A DNA stretch of 61,445 bases, filler included, from Basidiobolus ranarum (Eukaryota), in NCBI GenBank assembly GCA_040143965.1. It is 5 parts of 5 records of this genome, joined end to end, with 100 filler letters (N's around TTAATTAATTAA, not from the genome) between each part and the next. Parts side by side here need not be neighbours in the genome. Positions count along the whole stretch, not along the records: positions 24,666 to 36,864 come from JASJQH010000559.1; positions 36,965 to 49,157 come from JASJQH010000560.1; 3 more parts are not named here. One strand, 5' to 3'. Within the stretch, counting starts at the first letter, position 1, and each line of letters starts with the position of its first letter. Below the pieces are notes generated by a model that saw only the letters and a list, made by a program, of their open reading frames with translations, was not told the origin of the DNA and made no database searches. The position numbers and the translations under genes were made by a program. This document shows, piece by piece, positions 26,871 to 39,595 of this stretch.

Positions 26871-27892
26871 ATGGTCAGCTTCAATTTCAATATCGCACTT
26901 GAGTCAGACTGGTGAACGTCTTCCTGAAGAGGTGGTCGAACTCGATGAGAAGATGCTATTCGGTGGATATGCTACTCAACTTGGTGATGAAGGTACAATA
27001 TTATTTTCTTATTGAGAGTCAAAGCCTTGTTCTTGGCGTTTAACCTTTTTCTCATTAATATTAAAAGTTTGGAATGTATATGAGCAAGTATTAATAGCTG
27101 CTCTCGATACTGGAAGATTGGACTTGGCTAAGGTTTTTATTTGGTTTATTTTTAATAATAATAAACTTTTTTCTAAACTTTCGGAGTTTATCAGAGTTGT
27201 TTGAGCAAACTTCAAGCTCGCTTCCCCAAAGTTCAACGAGTGAAAAGTCTTGAGGGAATGTCCCTTGAAGCGGAAGAGAAATTAGAGGAGAATTATGTTC
27301 TATCTACTTGGACGAATTTATGTATGTTCAATAGTTATGGACAAGTAGAAAAATACTTTAACTCGCTCTTTAAACTCAAATGTATTTTCATTAGGTATCA
27401 ACAGGCAGCATTTCGTATAGAAGAAATTATACTCTTACAACCACTTAATCATCTTTTTCATTTAAAATATGCTGAGGTTTGTCCTTTTGATCATTATTTC
27501 TGTACATACTACGTGTAAGCTAACGTTCATATTTGTTCATTCATGGGGTAGGTACTATTTACAATGAATAATATCCCCATGGCATTGAAGGAGTTTTGTC
27601 GAGTTATTGAATTATGCACTGACCATGTTCGTAGACTTTATGGTATCAAAGCTGTAAGTTAACAATGTGTTCAGCTTTGGCTTATGTTTGAAACTTGACT
27701 AAAATATTTGATTAGTGCACCTCTCGTCTTCTTAAACCCAGCTCTGAATCATCCTCTAGAAACTCTAATGACAGCACCAAGCACTTCTCGGAACTGGATG
27801 TTATGACCTCTGAGAGACTACTCAATATCTATTGTAAATCCAAAACTGATAAACAAACGAAGAAAGTAGTTGAAGCATGGTTGATTAATTAG
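26871..27892 (+). pseudogene. EMC2: ER membrane complex subunit 2 (TPR) pseudogene
   Basis: Recognisable segments LGDEVWNVYEQVLIAALDTG, LQARFP.VQRVK.LEGM.LEAE, YQQAAF.IEEIILLQP and LKEFCRVIELC. A frameshift near 26904 gives TGA at 26913-26915. A frameshifting internal deletion of TPR helices lies near 27290. Introns are retained. Confidence 0.8.
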
Positions 27893-28395
27893 TACTAGAC
27901 ACCTCATCATTTCAAAGTATCTATACCTGTTGTGTCTTCATACAACTGTACTACCGAACTCTAATTTTCCAAAAACTCTCAACTCTGGCATGCATCATTT
28001 GAAAACATCGAAAGTCACTTCATTCTCTGCTTCCATAATCATCGAGTTGAGAATAATAAATGTGGCTGAGTTAGATTAGAATTTAACATTATCATTAATT
28101 TTCATCTTAATTCATTAATTACGCATAAACAAGGACTCCAGTATTGGCATAGTTAGTAACATCATCCAAACTCTAAAAACCCAGAATCTACGATTTCATT
28201 CATATCACCCATATTTTACATCCTTTTTTTTTCAGAAATTTTTTTTTCTTTTTGTTATGGTTATGGGTATATGAAAATTGAATTTGATTCAATAGGGGGA
28301 GAAGTAAAAATGATGGAATTTTATCGAGTGAAAAATATATTTATCATTGAGTATTGTTAATTTCTTCACCTTGTCTTTCATCGTTAACAAGCAAC

Positions 28396-28590
28396 ATGAA
28401 TAAACAACAACAATACACTGGTGCTACAGGAATTACCAACCAACCACCCAAGCCAATGCTTTATGTATGCGCCGAATGTGGACATGACAATGAGATCAAG
28501 CGTAAGGAACCTATTCGTTGCCGTGACTGTGGACATCGTGTACTTTATAAGAAGAGAACCACTAGAATGGTGCAATTCGAAGCTCGTTAG
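28396..28590 (+). CDS. RPB12: RNA polymerases I/II/III shared subunit RPABC4 (Rpb12), 64 aa, intronless
   Basis: Y.CAECG...[24 protein letters not shown] zinc ribbon. Confidence 0.96.
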   Translation: MNKQQQYTGATGITNQPPKPMLYVCAECGHDNEIKRKEPIRCRDCGHRVLYKKRTTRMVQFEAR

Positions 28591-28850
28591 ATTAACCAAG
28601 ATAAAGCTTCCAACGTTTCTTATCCGTTTCGATATTTCCTCTTACATAGTCATTGCTCTTATATAAGCTCAAACCAATATAATTCCACTTCACCACTTCC
28701 CTTTTTTTACCCATATAAACAGTTATTCTTTTCAATCATGGTAAAAAAAGTGGTTCGCTTCTTCCCCTGCTCATCTTATTCTCCTCCCTCACCTATATAA
28801 TCTTGTCTTTTCCTCCCTGGGATTTCATGTTGAAGTACCAAAGGTAAAGT

Positions 28851-29320
28851 GAAATTATCGGGTGAGGACCTTCTTATTAAAATATTATCAAGTAGAAATC
28901 ATATTTGTTCATAGAATATATTTCACTATTTTACATGAATAAAATAGAGAACAGCAGCTAAAAGAAATTTACTTCATGAATCAGCTCCCATTCAGCGTGT
29001 TAATCATATATTGAATTTTCTACGTGGCTCATTGAAGAGTTTGCTTGATATTTCTATAAGACATGAATTATTTCTGTTGAATTGATTCATAGTGTCGAAA
29101 TTATTGGGTGGGACCTTCTTATTAAGATATTATCAAGTAGAAATCATATTTGTTCATAGAATATATTTCACTCTACATAAATAAATAGAGCGTAAAAGAA
29201 ATTTACTTGATGAATCAGCTCATTCAGATGTTTACTGTATATTGAATTTTTTACGTGTAGAAATATCAAGCAAACTTTTGAATCAACCAAAAGACCAATT
29301 ATTTCTGTTGAATCCATAGC
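28851..29320. repeat. Tandem duplication of a ~225-245-bp unit (28851-29096; 29097-29320)
   Basis: Near-identical blocks ggaccttcttattaa.atattatcaagtagaaatcatatttgttcatagaatatatttcact, taaaagaaatttactt.atgaatcagctc and aattatttctgttgaat occur in both copies. Confidence 0.93.
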
Positions 29321-29443
29321 ATGTCAGTGTTCATTAGGTATGTCATTGTTAAAGTGAAATATAAGTTTTACAAGTTTATTCCGAATTTAGTAGTAAACGA
29401 GAAGAAAAACCAACCAATATCAATGTTGGATGAAATGATTAGT

Positions 29444-30071
29444 TTAGATGAAACCGATCTTGTTGGCAACGTCCAAAGCGTCAACATCAGCGGTAAGACG
29501 AACGTAGGCCTTCTTTTGACCATCGGGACGAATAAGAGTGTTGATCTTGGCGGCATCGACATCATACAAACGCTTGACGGCCTCACGAATTTGTCTCTTG
29601 TTAGCGCGAACATCGCACAAGAAAACCAAGGTGTTGTTATCTTCGATCTTCTTGATGGCAGTTTCGGTGTTCAAAGGGGAACGAACAACTTCATATTGAT
29701 CCATACGAGGAGCACTAGGGACAGATTTACGAGGATAACGAGGAGCACGGGCAAGACGGAGAGTCTTAGGAAGACGGAAAGTGGTGGAGGTACGGACCTT
29801 ACGGGAGGCATGACCGTTGACACCCTTCAACGCAGCCTTCTTGGCGGCAAGAGCCTTGTTCTTCTCGGAAGCAACTGCATAAAAAGTGAATCGTTAGAAT
29901 CCCAATGTAATAATTGAAAGGTAAGACATTTTGTAAAAATGGATGGATGAAAGGACTGTGAGGAAAGGATATAGTAATGAAGTATTTCACTTCAGGGTTT
30001 GTCTACTCGAATTAATGTAGCATCTGTATTAAAATGACGTTAACTGAATTAATCATACCTTTAGGAGCCAT
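29444..30071 (-). CDS. RPL25: 60S ribosomal protein L25/L23a (uL23); exons 30071-30059, 29874-29444
   Basis: [12 protein letters not shown]...[19 protein letters not shown]...[16 protein letters not shown]...[23 protein letters not shown], with strong codon bias. Confidence 0.97.
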
Positions 30072-30350
30072 TTGTATTCAGATCGAACAAGTTGTACGTT
30101 TCGACCACGAAAAAGAAGAGGAAGAAAAATGTTAATGTTCCCTGATTTTCTTTTGTACCGACGCTCGCAAGATAGAAAAAATTAATTTAGGGCATGGTCC
30201 TTTTTTTTTACCCAATCCTAAATCTGGAATTATGCCAGATCAGGTACGGTAGTTCAATTTTCAAATTAATCTCAATACAATGTTTACTCTCCAATTTTTT
30301 TCAAAGAAATTTACGTAGTAGGAATCTTTTTTAGATACATGTATTGGCGC

Positions 30351-32317
30351 TTAAATGGGACATAATATCACTGAATCTTCATCTGAGATGTCTGAATCAT
30401 TTACTTCGCCATGATTAGTATATCCATTTCCTGTGTTTACCAATTGTGCTGGTGGATCAAGCGAAGGCAAGTTCTTTGGGCATGCTGCTAAGCAATCACA
30501 ATTTAAAGAAGTAACAGGCTTCTTAGTAGCCATACTTTACCAGGGTGATTAGTTCTAATCGCTGTACGAATTACTCTAGCAATAAGAAAACAGTACCCAT
30601 TTGTGAAAAGCCTTTCGTCTGTACGGACTTTGCTAACTTGATGTGTGTGAAGTAGGAGAGCTTCTTTATTTTGTGCCTCTAAAATCAAGAGTTAATTTAA
30701 AAGGCTATAATGTTTATATGCCAATGAAAGTATTTACCTAAAGAATTCAGTTTAATAGACAAGTCCTTCAGTTCATCCTTCAAGAATCCAATTTCTAGTC
30801 TTGATCTTGTATTTTCCACTTCCAATGTTTGGATTCTTTGCTTCATGACTAACTAAAGGTTCCAACAACGTGAGTACTCTCATGCGAGTAAGCTAGGTAC
30901 TTATTGTACACAGGTATTTGACTACGTACCAATTCAACATCTAAGATACTTTGTTTAGCTCATCAGATCTAGTGGTTAACATTAATTTAGAATATACCAT
31001 TGTTGTTATGATTGAGTCTTCTTTTTACAAGTGTATATTTTTTTCGATTTTCAGAAAAACGTGAAGAACTGAGAGTGTCAAAACCTTTTAGGCTACTAGA
31101 GATTGTTGCATTTGCAGCGGAAACCGAAATTGGTGAACCGGCCTTACGTCCATTTTTGTACACAGCAGCATTATAGTTTTGCGATTCAGCAATGGAGCGT
31201 GGTATTACCAAATTTCGCCATTTCGACTCTCGCATATAATTTTCTTGTATCTTTGACTTAGATATCGAAGGAGTTTTATGTATCTTCTTGTTGGATAAAT
31301 GGCGAGGGCTATATGCAAGTGGAGACGAATATGACTTATCACCAATCCCAAAGGTTTCATGGTTACATGTTATTATTGGACTGCTATATGGAGGACTTTC
31401 TTTCCTTGCAAATTTATACGATTCTTGTGGTATTTCTATCTAAAGATTAGCCATATTGGAGTGATACATGGATTCAAGGAACTTGGATTAGATTTACCGT
31501 GGGCTCTAAAAACTTGAGCTTCTTTGAGAAAATGTAGACAATAATACAGAATGTTTTGCTATCATACCAGATCTGGCATCAGTGCTAGTAATCGAATTTG
31601 GTAAGCATTTATTTACAAATAGAGAGTAATATATAGAGATGACATACTTATAAGACTCCGACATTGGTGACAGAGTTTTGGGTGAGGTGCTACTTTCTTT
31701 TGGCTCATGGTTATATTTTGCTATTATCTCTTGAGGCACTATAGATTTAACCAACCTGTATCCAAATCCTCTTCGACATTTATTGGTTCTTCAGCCTATT
31801 AAAGTTACAAGTTAGGGTTGAAATTGAAAAGTGAAGATAACAATTGAATATATACATCGCCACAACCGTAGTAACGAGGTTTTCGTTTTTGCTGATTTGG
31901 TAAGGCTGAAATAGAATTAAATGCACTTATTCTTAATCACCACGATTGAAAGTTCACCTACCAATATCCGAATCCTGTAAACCAATTAAATCTATACTCC
32001 TTAGATGTTTATAGTCGAAATCTGGTGTTGAGTTTTCTGATATCGTATCAATTGTTGTCTCTTTCCCATGGTTAATAAGCTTTGAGGCTACACCTTCAAT
32101 GCTGGGTTTTGATTGTGATCTGAATTTATTACTAATGCTTGAAGGGTTGCTGTGTATTGCATTCTGTTTCATACGTAGTTTTTTGAAGAAATCTCGTTGT
32201 TTCTGCTTCTCAAATTTATTACGTAGTGAATTTCTAAAGGAAGAATGAAGGTTAGTATTAATATAAATGATATCTCATATTGTTCATTAATAACTTTTGG
32301 CCACCGGTCCAGTTCAT
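30351..32317 (-). CDS. HEIP1/REDIC1 (C12orf40)-like meiotic crossover regulator candidate, ~11 exons, C-terminal coiled coil
   Basis: The spliced N-terminus reads MNWTGGQKNSLRNKFEKQKQRDFFKKLRMK, resembling MNWVGGSR...ERRKQKEYFEK of vertebrate C12orf40, and is followed by SIDLIGL. A continuous GT-AG exon chain can be traced to TAA at 30351. Confidence 0.7.
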
Positions 32318-33030
32318 ATTGTGATGTCTTCCAAGATAATTATTGTCTGAACAATCAATCCAAGATCATTATATATTAGGTTGTTTTTGAATATATGCAG
32401 AATTGATCTAAGCATTTATTCAGTACTCATATATGTTAATAAAATCGGAATAGAGCTTAACTATCTAGCTCACGTAGATACAAACCAAGTGTCATCATCA
32501 TTGAGTTAATCAATAGCCTCTGGTACATTTCATTCAACATGATACTAAAGTTTATGCGATTATGTAGAGCTTGGGGCTTCTTGAAAAAAATCGAAGAATC
32601 AAGTAGACGCAGTAATCTTCAATTCCATATAAAACAGAGATATTAATCAAATTCGTAATATCGTGTAGTGACCGCATTATTCAGGTTGCGACGTATGGCT
32701 ATACGAAATGAAACATAAAGAGTGGGAAATAAAGTTGTCATTTCTACCTGAGTTGAAAATTACTTTAACTTCAATGTCATTAACAAGTGAGGTAAGTACC
32801 GGAGTTGAGATATGAAATGATAAATTGAACTCTTCAGTTGATAATATTCCCGACTTGGGTCGTTGATAGTTCAAAGATAGACCATACGAAACACTGAGAT
32901 TTCAGCATCTACTGACAATCTTTCAGCCAACGGTTTAGTTTAGTTTATCTAATTGGGGAATGTTTATCACTCTTTCTATTAGTTAAGATGTGAAATGTAT
33001 AAATGTGGATCCCAGTAGTGTTCAACGTTC

Positions 33031-34984
33031 ATGTGGAATCCAGAATTTATTAAGCGAGTAAATCTCTCGATCAATCCAAGTTTTGAAAGTAAGAGTTCTT
33101 CCTCTCTTGTTGGAGATTCTACAGTAGTAAAATCGCCGATAAAATCAAGTCGCAAAGTATATTATGGAGATAGGTAATGTGCTGGTGCTTACTTCCGTTG
33201 CTTGGCGAAACACTAAGCTTTTTAAACAGATACATCCCTCGAAGGGATTTCAATTTAGTTCATAGATATGAATTGCTGAGAACAAAGCCGGAATCTAGCA
33301 CCGAAGTTGTCGAATCTCCAGGTTGTTTGCAGTTTCATTCCATGATCTTTTTCTTGCAGGAAACTAATATTACAACATGCATTTAACTTCAAGGTAAACA
33401 GATTATAGATTCACCGAGGCGATTCGATCCGAGCTTTTGGAAGAACTAGGTGCTGAACCTCACCGTAACTTGACTGAAGCTTATTCTAGCTCTGTTGAAC
33501 GCCACAAGCTTTTCTACTACGAAAAAAGAAACACAGGTTTAAAGATAAAAGAGAGTCATATGCCTGGCCGTGATAATACTCGTTACCCTTGGTCACCAGT
33601 TAGTCCTCGTAGTCAAGCCCTATTATCAAGTAAGCGAAGAGAATCACGACTGATAAGCCCAAAGCCATATAGAATACTGGACACACCTGAACTAAAGGTA
33701 TATCTGAAATCTCGTCAAATATATGAATTATTGTACCAACTTGTGAATATACTGGCTAATTGCAAACTGCTAGAATGATTTCTATGTGAGTCTAATAGAT
33801 TGGTCAAGTCAAAATATGTTATGCATTGGACTAGGTGCTTCTTTATATCTATGGAATGGATATAATGGAAAGGTAATTGATGATCTCAGTAAACCCATTT
33901 TGGCTTTTGATTTGCACATCACTTATTTCAAATTTAACCAAGACGACAAAGCTCTGTGAGCTATCCGAAGGTTCGATATCTTCAGTTTCTTGGGCCCAGG
34001 AGGTAAAAGTTTATATCGCAACTATTATTCTCAGATACACCGAAAAATTAACTTCTAGTGAAGGGAACACACCTAGCAATGGGAACCGAGAGTGGATTGG
34101 TTCAAATATGGGACATTGAACGGGGGAACCGAGTACGATCTATGCCAGGACATGGCGGAAGAGTTGGTAGTATAGTTCACTAGAGCAGTGCTGTATACAT
34201 ACCTTTATTCATCATTATGGTAGGAACAATGTCGTGGTGCCATCATACTCTTGCGACAGGGAGCAAAGATCGAAGCATCCTGCTAAGAGATCCCCGAAGT
34301 CAACGGCCATATCATCAAGTGTTGATGGGTCACACCCAGGAGGTAGCAATTACACTCAGCCAGTATTTAGTTATCATCATTAACAAGAAACTTAGGTATG
34401 CGGGCTAAAGTGGAGTACAGATGAGAGTCTTTTGGCTAGCGGTGGAAATGATAATAGTGTCCGAGTCTGGGAAACATCAGAAAGTAGCGCTCTTCATGTA
34501 TTTGAGCAGCATGTTGGGGCTGTGAAGGCTTTAGACTGGAGTCCTCATCAATCCAATCTATTAGTCAGTGGAGGTGGAACATACGACAAAAAATTGAGAT
34601 TTTGGGATGTAGCAACTGGTATTCTAGTCACCGAGATTGAGGCTGGTTCACAGGTAAGGGATTATGAACTTATGCTTTATCCTTCTGACCTATTGACCAT
34701 TTAATCAGGTCTGTCAATTAAAATGGTCGAAGCTTACCAACGAGATTATATCAACTCATGGCTACTCCGAATACGAAATTGTTATTTGGGATTATCCTAC
34801 CCGAAGTAGATTGGCCGCATTGACGGGTCATACTTCTAGGGTGCTGTATCTAGCCATGTCTCCAGATGGGAAGTCATTCGTGACAGGAGCTGGAGAAGGA
34901 GACGAAACATTACGTTTTTGGCGCCTCTTCGCACCACCTAAAAAAGCGAGCAATTCACTTAGCCAGTTAAGTCTTATCCGCTAA
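33031..34984 (+). CDS. Fizzy-related/CDH1-type APC/C activator (WD40), ~9 exons, divergent
   Basis: C-box GDRYIPRR (split by an intron), SPVS..SQ.LL, PYRILDTPELKNDFY, GHTQEVCGLKWS, ASGGNDN, AVKALDWSPHQ, SGGGT.DK, GHTSRVLYLAMSPDG, DETLRFW and a C-terminal IR tail. Confidence 0.92.
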
Positions 34985-35625
34985 TTAGAAAGCCTTGATC
35001 ATTGCCCAACTTGAGAGCACAATACTGTTATGATATTTTTACGAAATAAACAAAGCCTTAGTACACAAGAGATTAGTTTTTTAGTTGATACCCATTGACA
35101 CCTCCACCTGTACCACAACACAGCGTCGATGAAATATAAACGAAGTGGTATGTGTTCAATGCAAGCACGCAAATATGAATCTCTCAATAAGATCAAGTGT
35201 AGTCAATTAAAGTATTGTTTTGGGTGTGGCCACTAATTGCACATATGATAACCCTTGAACGAGGTTAGTCGTTCATACATCAGTAACAATCAGCTCTTGT
35301 TCGAAATGATTCATAAATAGACTTACTGATTTGCTTTTGTTAAAATTATTTGAATGAAATTCGATTTAGGATTTCAAACAGGGTTGTATTGTTCTCTTTG
35401 TCTCGCATTGAGAGAATCATGAAATCTTCTACTAAATCTCGGTCAAAGCATCCAAATCTTTGAAAGTGAGAAGCCACTTTGTCTTCTACAGGCTGAAAGT
35501 CAAGGACTGATAAGGTGGCATCTCTTGGGCCGACTCCATAAATATCCCCAATTTGAAGCCAGAGATTTCAACAACAGTTTGCATTTTATCTTTTTTCTTC
35601 ATCGAAAACAAACACATTTCCTACT

Positions 35626-36318
35626 ATGAGTCCCATTTCGTTTATCCTACTGAATTTCCTTCGCTTCTTGTCTTTCTCTGCGTGCCTGTACGCCATATTG
35701 TGCTGTGTGTTCCTGAATAGTGAACTTTTCCGATCAATTGGGGAGGTGAGTGGTTAGATTATTTCATTTAGTCACTAATTCTATTATAACTTCCCTATCT
35801 ACCAACAGGATAATGGCTTCTTCCAATTTGTCAATCGAATTATACTTGTGCTCCAAGCGTTGATCGTTTGTATGGCTGAGTCCGGTTATCCACAACAGCT
35901 CTACGTATACTTTCCATACTTGGATGACAAACACGGGCTAGGGTTTATTGGTGGAATGTTGTGCTGGTATATTAAAGTATCCATTTACTCTTGATTCTTC
36001 ACGATAATAACCATGTGCTTGATTTCGAGGATTGGAAACTCCATGCTGAGTTTATGCAAGGATCAAGCTACAGCTGATGTAAAGGAAGGGTGGACACTAT
36101 TTGTCTTAATGCCTGGTTGGTTTGTCTTCTCCGTAGGCATTGTATACATACTTCTGGTAAAGACCTTGGCTATAATTTCTATATATCGGAAACCCCCGCT
36201 TATATTAATCTTTGTGTAGGGTCTCCGTGGACCAAGTCTTAAATCAATGCGTCAATTCTCTCTACGCGGTTCGAAAAAAGATTCCACCAAACAACCACCC
36301 ACCTCTAGCATAGTATAA
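35626..36318 (+). CDS. Small membrane protein with ~4 TM helices, 4 exons, function unknown
   Basis: Spliced ORF MSPISFILLNFLRFLSF...NRIILVLQALIVCMAE...YFPYLDD..GLGFIGGMLCWIG...PGWFVFSVGIVYILLG..., with canonical GT-AG introns. Confidence 0.75.
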
Positions 36319-36687
36319 TAGCCAACTTCGTAGCGTTAATTGTAATATTTCTCTGAATACCATCTCACTCTTGTATTGTTATTGCTAATATGAACATATA
36401 AAATAATCATGTCTATTTTCTTTACATCTGTCTTTAACTAATCATCATCAGGAAGTGCTTCGTATAACCTAACACAGTGAATTTAATTTCATCCGACATA
36501 TTCACTAAGAAGTTACTTAAATTTAGGTGATACACAATAAATGAGATTACTACATTTGTTCATTGATTGTTTCCAGAAAGACCGATATTCTAATCATTCA
36601 AACCTAACCTAGTATTAATTACAAGTCAGCTTTTAGTAGTAACTTGCTATTAAACTCCACTGTAGAAGTAAAGTAATTCTAAACATC

Positions 36688-36864
36688 ATGGTTGCAGAAC
36701 AAACGTAAGTGAACTATTGTTTTTTAGAAATGAATACTAAAGTGGATTATTTCAAAGAGTTGTTTCAGCGCCAGGAAAAGTTCTCATCGCTGGAGGATAT
36801 TTAGTACTTGACCCTGAAAATGAGGGAGTGGTAGTTAGTACGGATGCCCGTTTTTATACCGTTA
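36688..36864 (+). CDS. ERG8: Phosphomevalonate kinase, 5' fragment cut by the gap
   Basis: [25 protein letters not shown]...[11 protein letters not shown] is the Erg8 GHMP N-terminal motif. Confidence 0.9.
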
Positions 36865-36964
36865 NNNNNNNNNNNNNNNNNNNNNNNNNNNNNNNNNNNN
36901 NNNNNNNNTTAATTAATTAANNNNNNNNNNNNNNNNNNNNNNNNNNNNNNNNNNNNNNNNNNNN
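36865..36964. other. Assembly gap / contig linker
   Basis: N run with central TTAATTAATTAA. Confidence 0.98.
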
Positions 36965-39595
36965 TTTGGCCATCATCTAATTTCTCGGCGCGTCGCCATA
37001 TTGTACAATGACAACCACGGAATATGGAAGAGGCCAAGCTTTCTATTTTGAAACAGGCGAATTTAGCCTCTGTATTTTATTAATGTTTACTTACCATTTG
37101 ACTAGCTTTGAAACTCGACGGGCTAAACGAACTAAGAGTACGTGATAAATCAAACTATTTTGTATGAAATAAGCTCTCTCGCATTATGTAACAATCATTA
37201 GAGACTGAACCGTCGAAATAAGCTCTGGATCTGATGTCTAAAATCACTCAGTCACCATTAGAATTACTCAACTGGGAGTTTTAATACACCTGTCATGATA
37301 TCTTACATTTAGGACGTATCAGAGCGTCAGTTGTTGGATTTCTGATCGGTCACTTGAGATTTAGTAGCACTAATATGTTGTAACTGTAGGCAATGCTTCC
37401 TCGATGTATTCAATCAAATGTAGCTACTGTGTCATCAAAGAATTTTATCCAACATTACATTCACTATCGGTCCTTATCTCTGGAACACTTTTTGAATTAT
37501 TATTCATCTTGTTATTTCGCTTTCATTCAATAGACTCAGTATGAAAATGGGGATTATTGACTGCAATAAAGCGGGAAACAATGATTGTAATCCAAGTGTT
37601 AGTCAAAGATGCCAATCGTAGGTTTACGTACCAGTCTATTGTATCTATTGGTCATCACTTGAGTATTGGCCCTAATCTTATAGGCTTGGCTCAGAATATA
37701 ACATATTTCATTTTATTACCTTCTGAATGGAAAAGACAACTGCAGAGCGCACAGTCAGCCTTCACATATTACTAACAACCTAGCCATTTAGACATTTGGT
37801 GAGAACTGTGAACCAAACCTGGCTTGAATACGATTCGCAATGTGTATTTGGTCACATTCAGATATTAACAAGTGGACTTCCTATTGATTGATATAGAAAA
37901 GATATGCCCGATAAGCAAAAGTTCGATTGACAAAGCCATTGACTATTCTGCAGAATTGGATATTCTCCACGAACGACGTGAATTTAGTTCATTTGCTTAC
38001 CTAAAGCCAATGTGGAGAGGCAAAGGTATCACCACATAGTATTATTATGTGCTTATATACTCCGAAGTCTCAAAGGAAGTGGAGCATATCAACATTTTTG
38101 TTGATAAAGGTTCTCTGGGCAGAGCGGTTGGATCAGATTGAAGCAACTTACTAAATGGATACAGGTATTTTGGCAACCGTATGTGATCGGCTTTCTGCTA
38201 TTCTATTTTACCGAGAGATGCAAGTCTCAAGTCAACCAGTGTATTGCTCAGTCCAGTAAATGATGAGGCGTATGCAATTACGTTCCTCAATCAAAGCTAG
38301 TGGAGAAGATATCTCTGTAAAGGTGTACTCGAAAGATTCCAAGAAAGGGAAATCACCTTAATGACTAAATATTATATTAAAACTTTATTGTAGCGCTTTA
38401 GATTAAAATACACCGCCATGATTTGAAGCAAGCAATTCTTTGACCAATACTTGAACAGCAACCAGAACGGAAGGCAATATTGATATTTTTAATTATCAGA
38501 AAGGCACCGATATTTTGGAATGAACTCCACCACTTTGATCGTGATCACTATTCGGGAATTAGGCCAATGAACACTATTTCTTTTTCATTATCATCAAAAC
38601 TACTGGTATTGGTGCATCTCCATCATTTATACTGATCAAAGAACACGGGATCACAAACGCAATGTATGTTTTCGGGTAACAATGGCAATTCTGTGTGCAG
38701 TCTCGTAGAGCCGGTTGTAATGTGAATAAGGTGAGTTCAATAGGAAGTGATGCGAAATGAAGAGATTCCAGCGAATTCAACCTTAGGCGGGAAACCGGTA
38801 TTTCTACAGGAGTTGTTAAAGGGAGCGAGAGATAATTAATGTAAGGCTGCATAACTTAAATACCGCTATCATTCTTTCTGCAAACATGGTGAATGGAAAC
38901 AGGGTTTCATTATCTACACCAATCATGTTTCACTTTATTGCAAAGTGCAGAATCCTGAATATCCTTCGTTACACTCAATAGACCCCTGAACTCCTACCAC
39001 TAAATACGGATCGCTTGGATCAGATGGGCCTTTCACTAATCGATAAATGAGGTGTACGCGTTACGCTAACCCTAAAGCTGGAGTGAGACTTGGTGGGCGT
39101 TAATCCTTTACATTGGAAGCCACATTTTCTCTGATTCTAGGCATCCTCATATTTTATGTAACTAATAGCTAGCTGATTTCAATCTGTGTTGATAATCTGG
39201 TGAGTTTTCAAGTCATTTTCAAGAATTTTGAAATTCAAAATTTCTCATCGGCAATTTGCCTCTAATTATTTTAAAAATGTCGTATTTAGAAGAATTTCTT
39301 GGAGTGTTTCAAAAATAGATTGCTTGGGAAATTCATCTTCTGACCAGAATTTCCCTTAACATCACTTATCCCCCTTTTATCTGGCTTCTTAGTTTTTCTA
39401 TACACGTTCTGCATAAAAATTGTAATTTTTGAAGCAGTACCGTTGTTTTTATTTGGAATACCTTTAGTTGCTTCGACGCGTTCATTTTTTTTCGTTTATC
39501 AGACCAAACACTCAGTGTGCGTGTCTTTCAACCTACCCTTTTGAGACTATACATACACAGCTAGCAAAATTTCCGGAACTACGAGCTCCTTAAGC

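Noticed and set aside
29321..29917. 198-aa plus-strand ORF
   Set aside because: Antisense shadow of the codon-biased RPL25 gene.
36965..37240. Possible 3' exons of a gene cut by the gap
   Set aside because: Splice-like signals are present, but the frame and product cannot be established.
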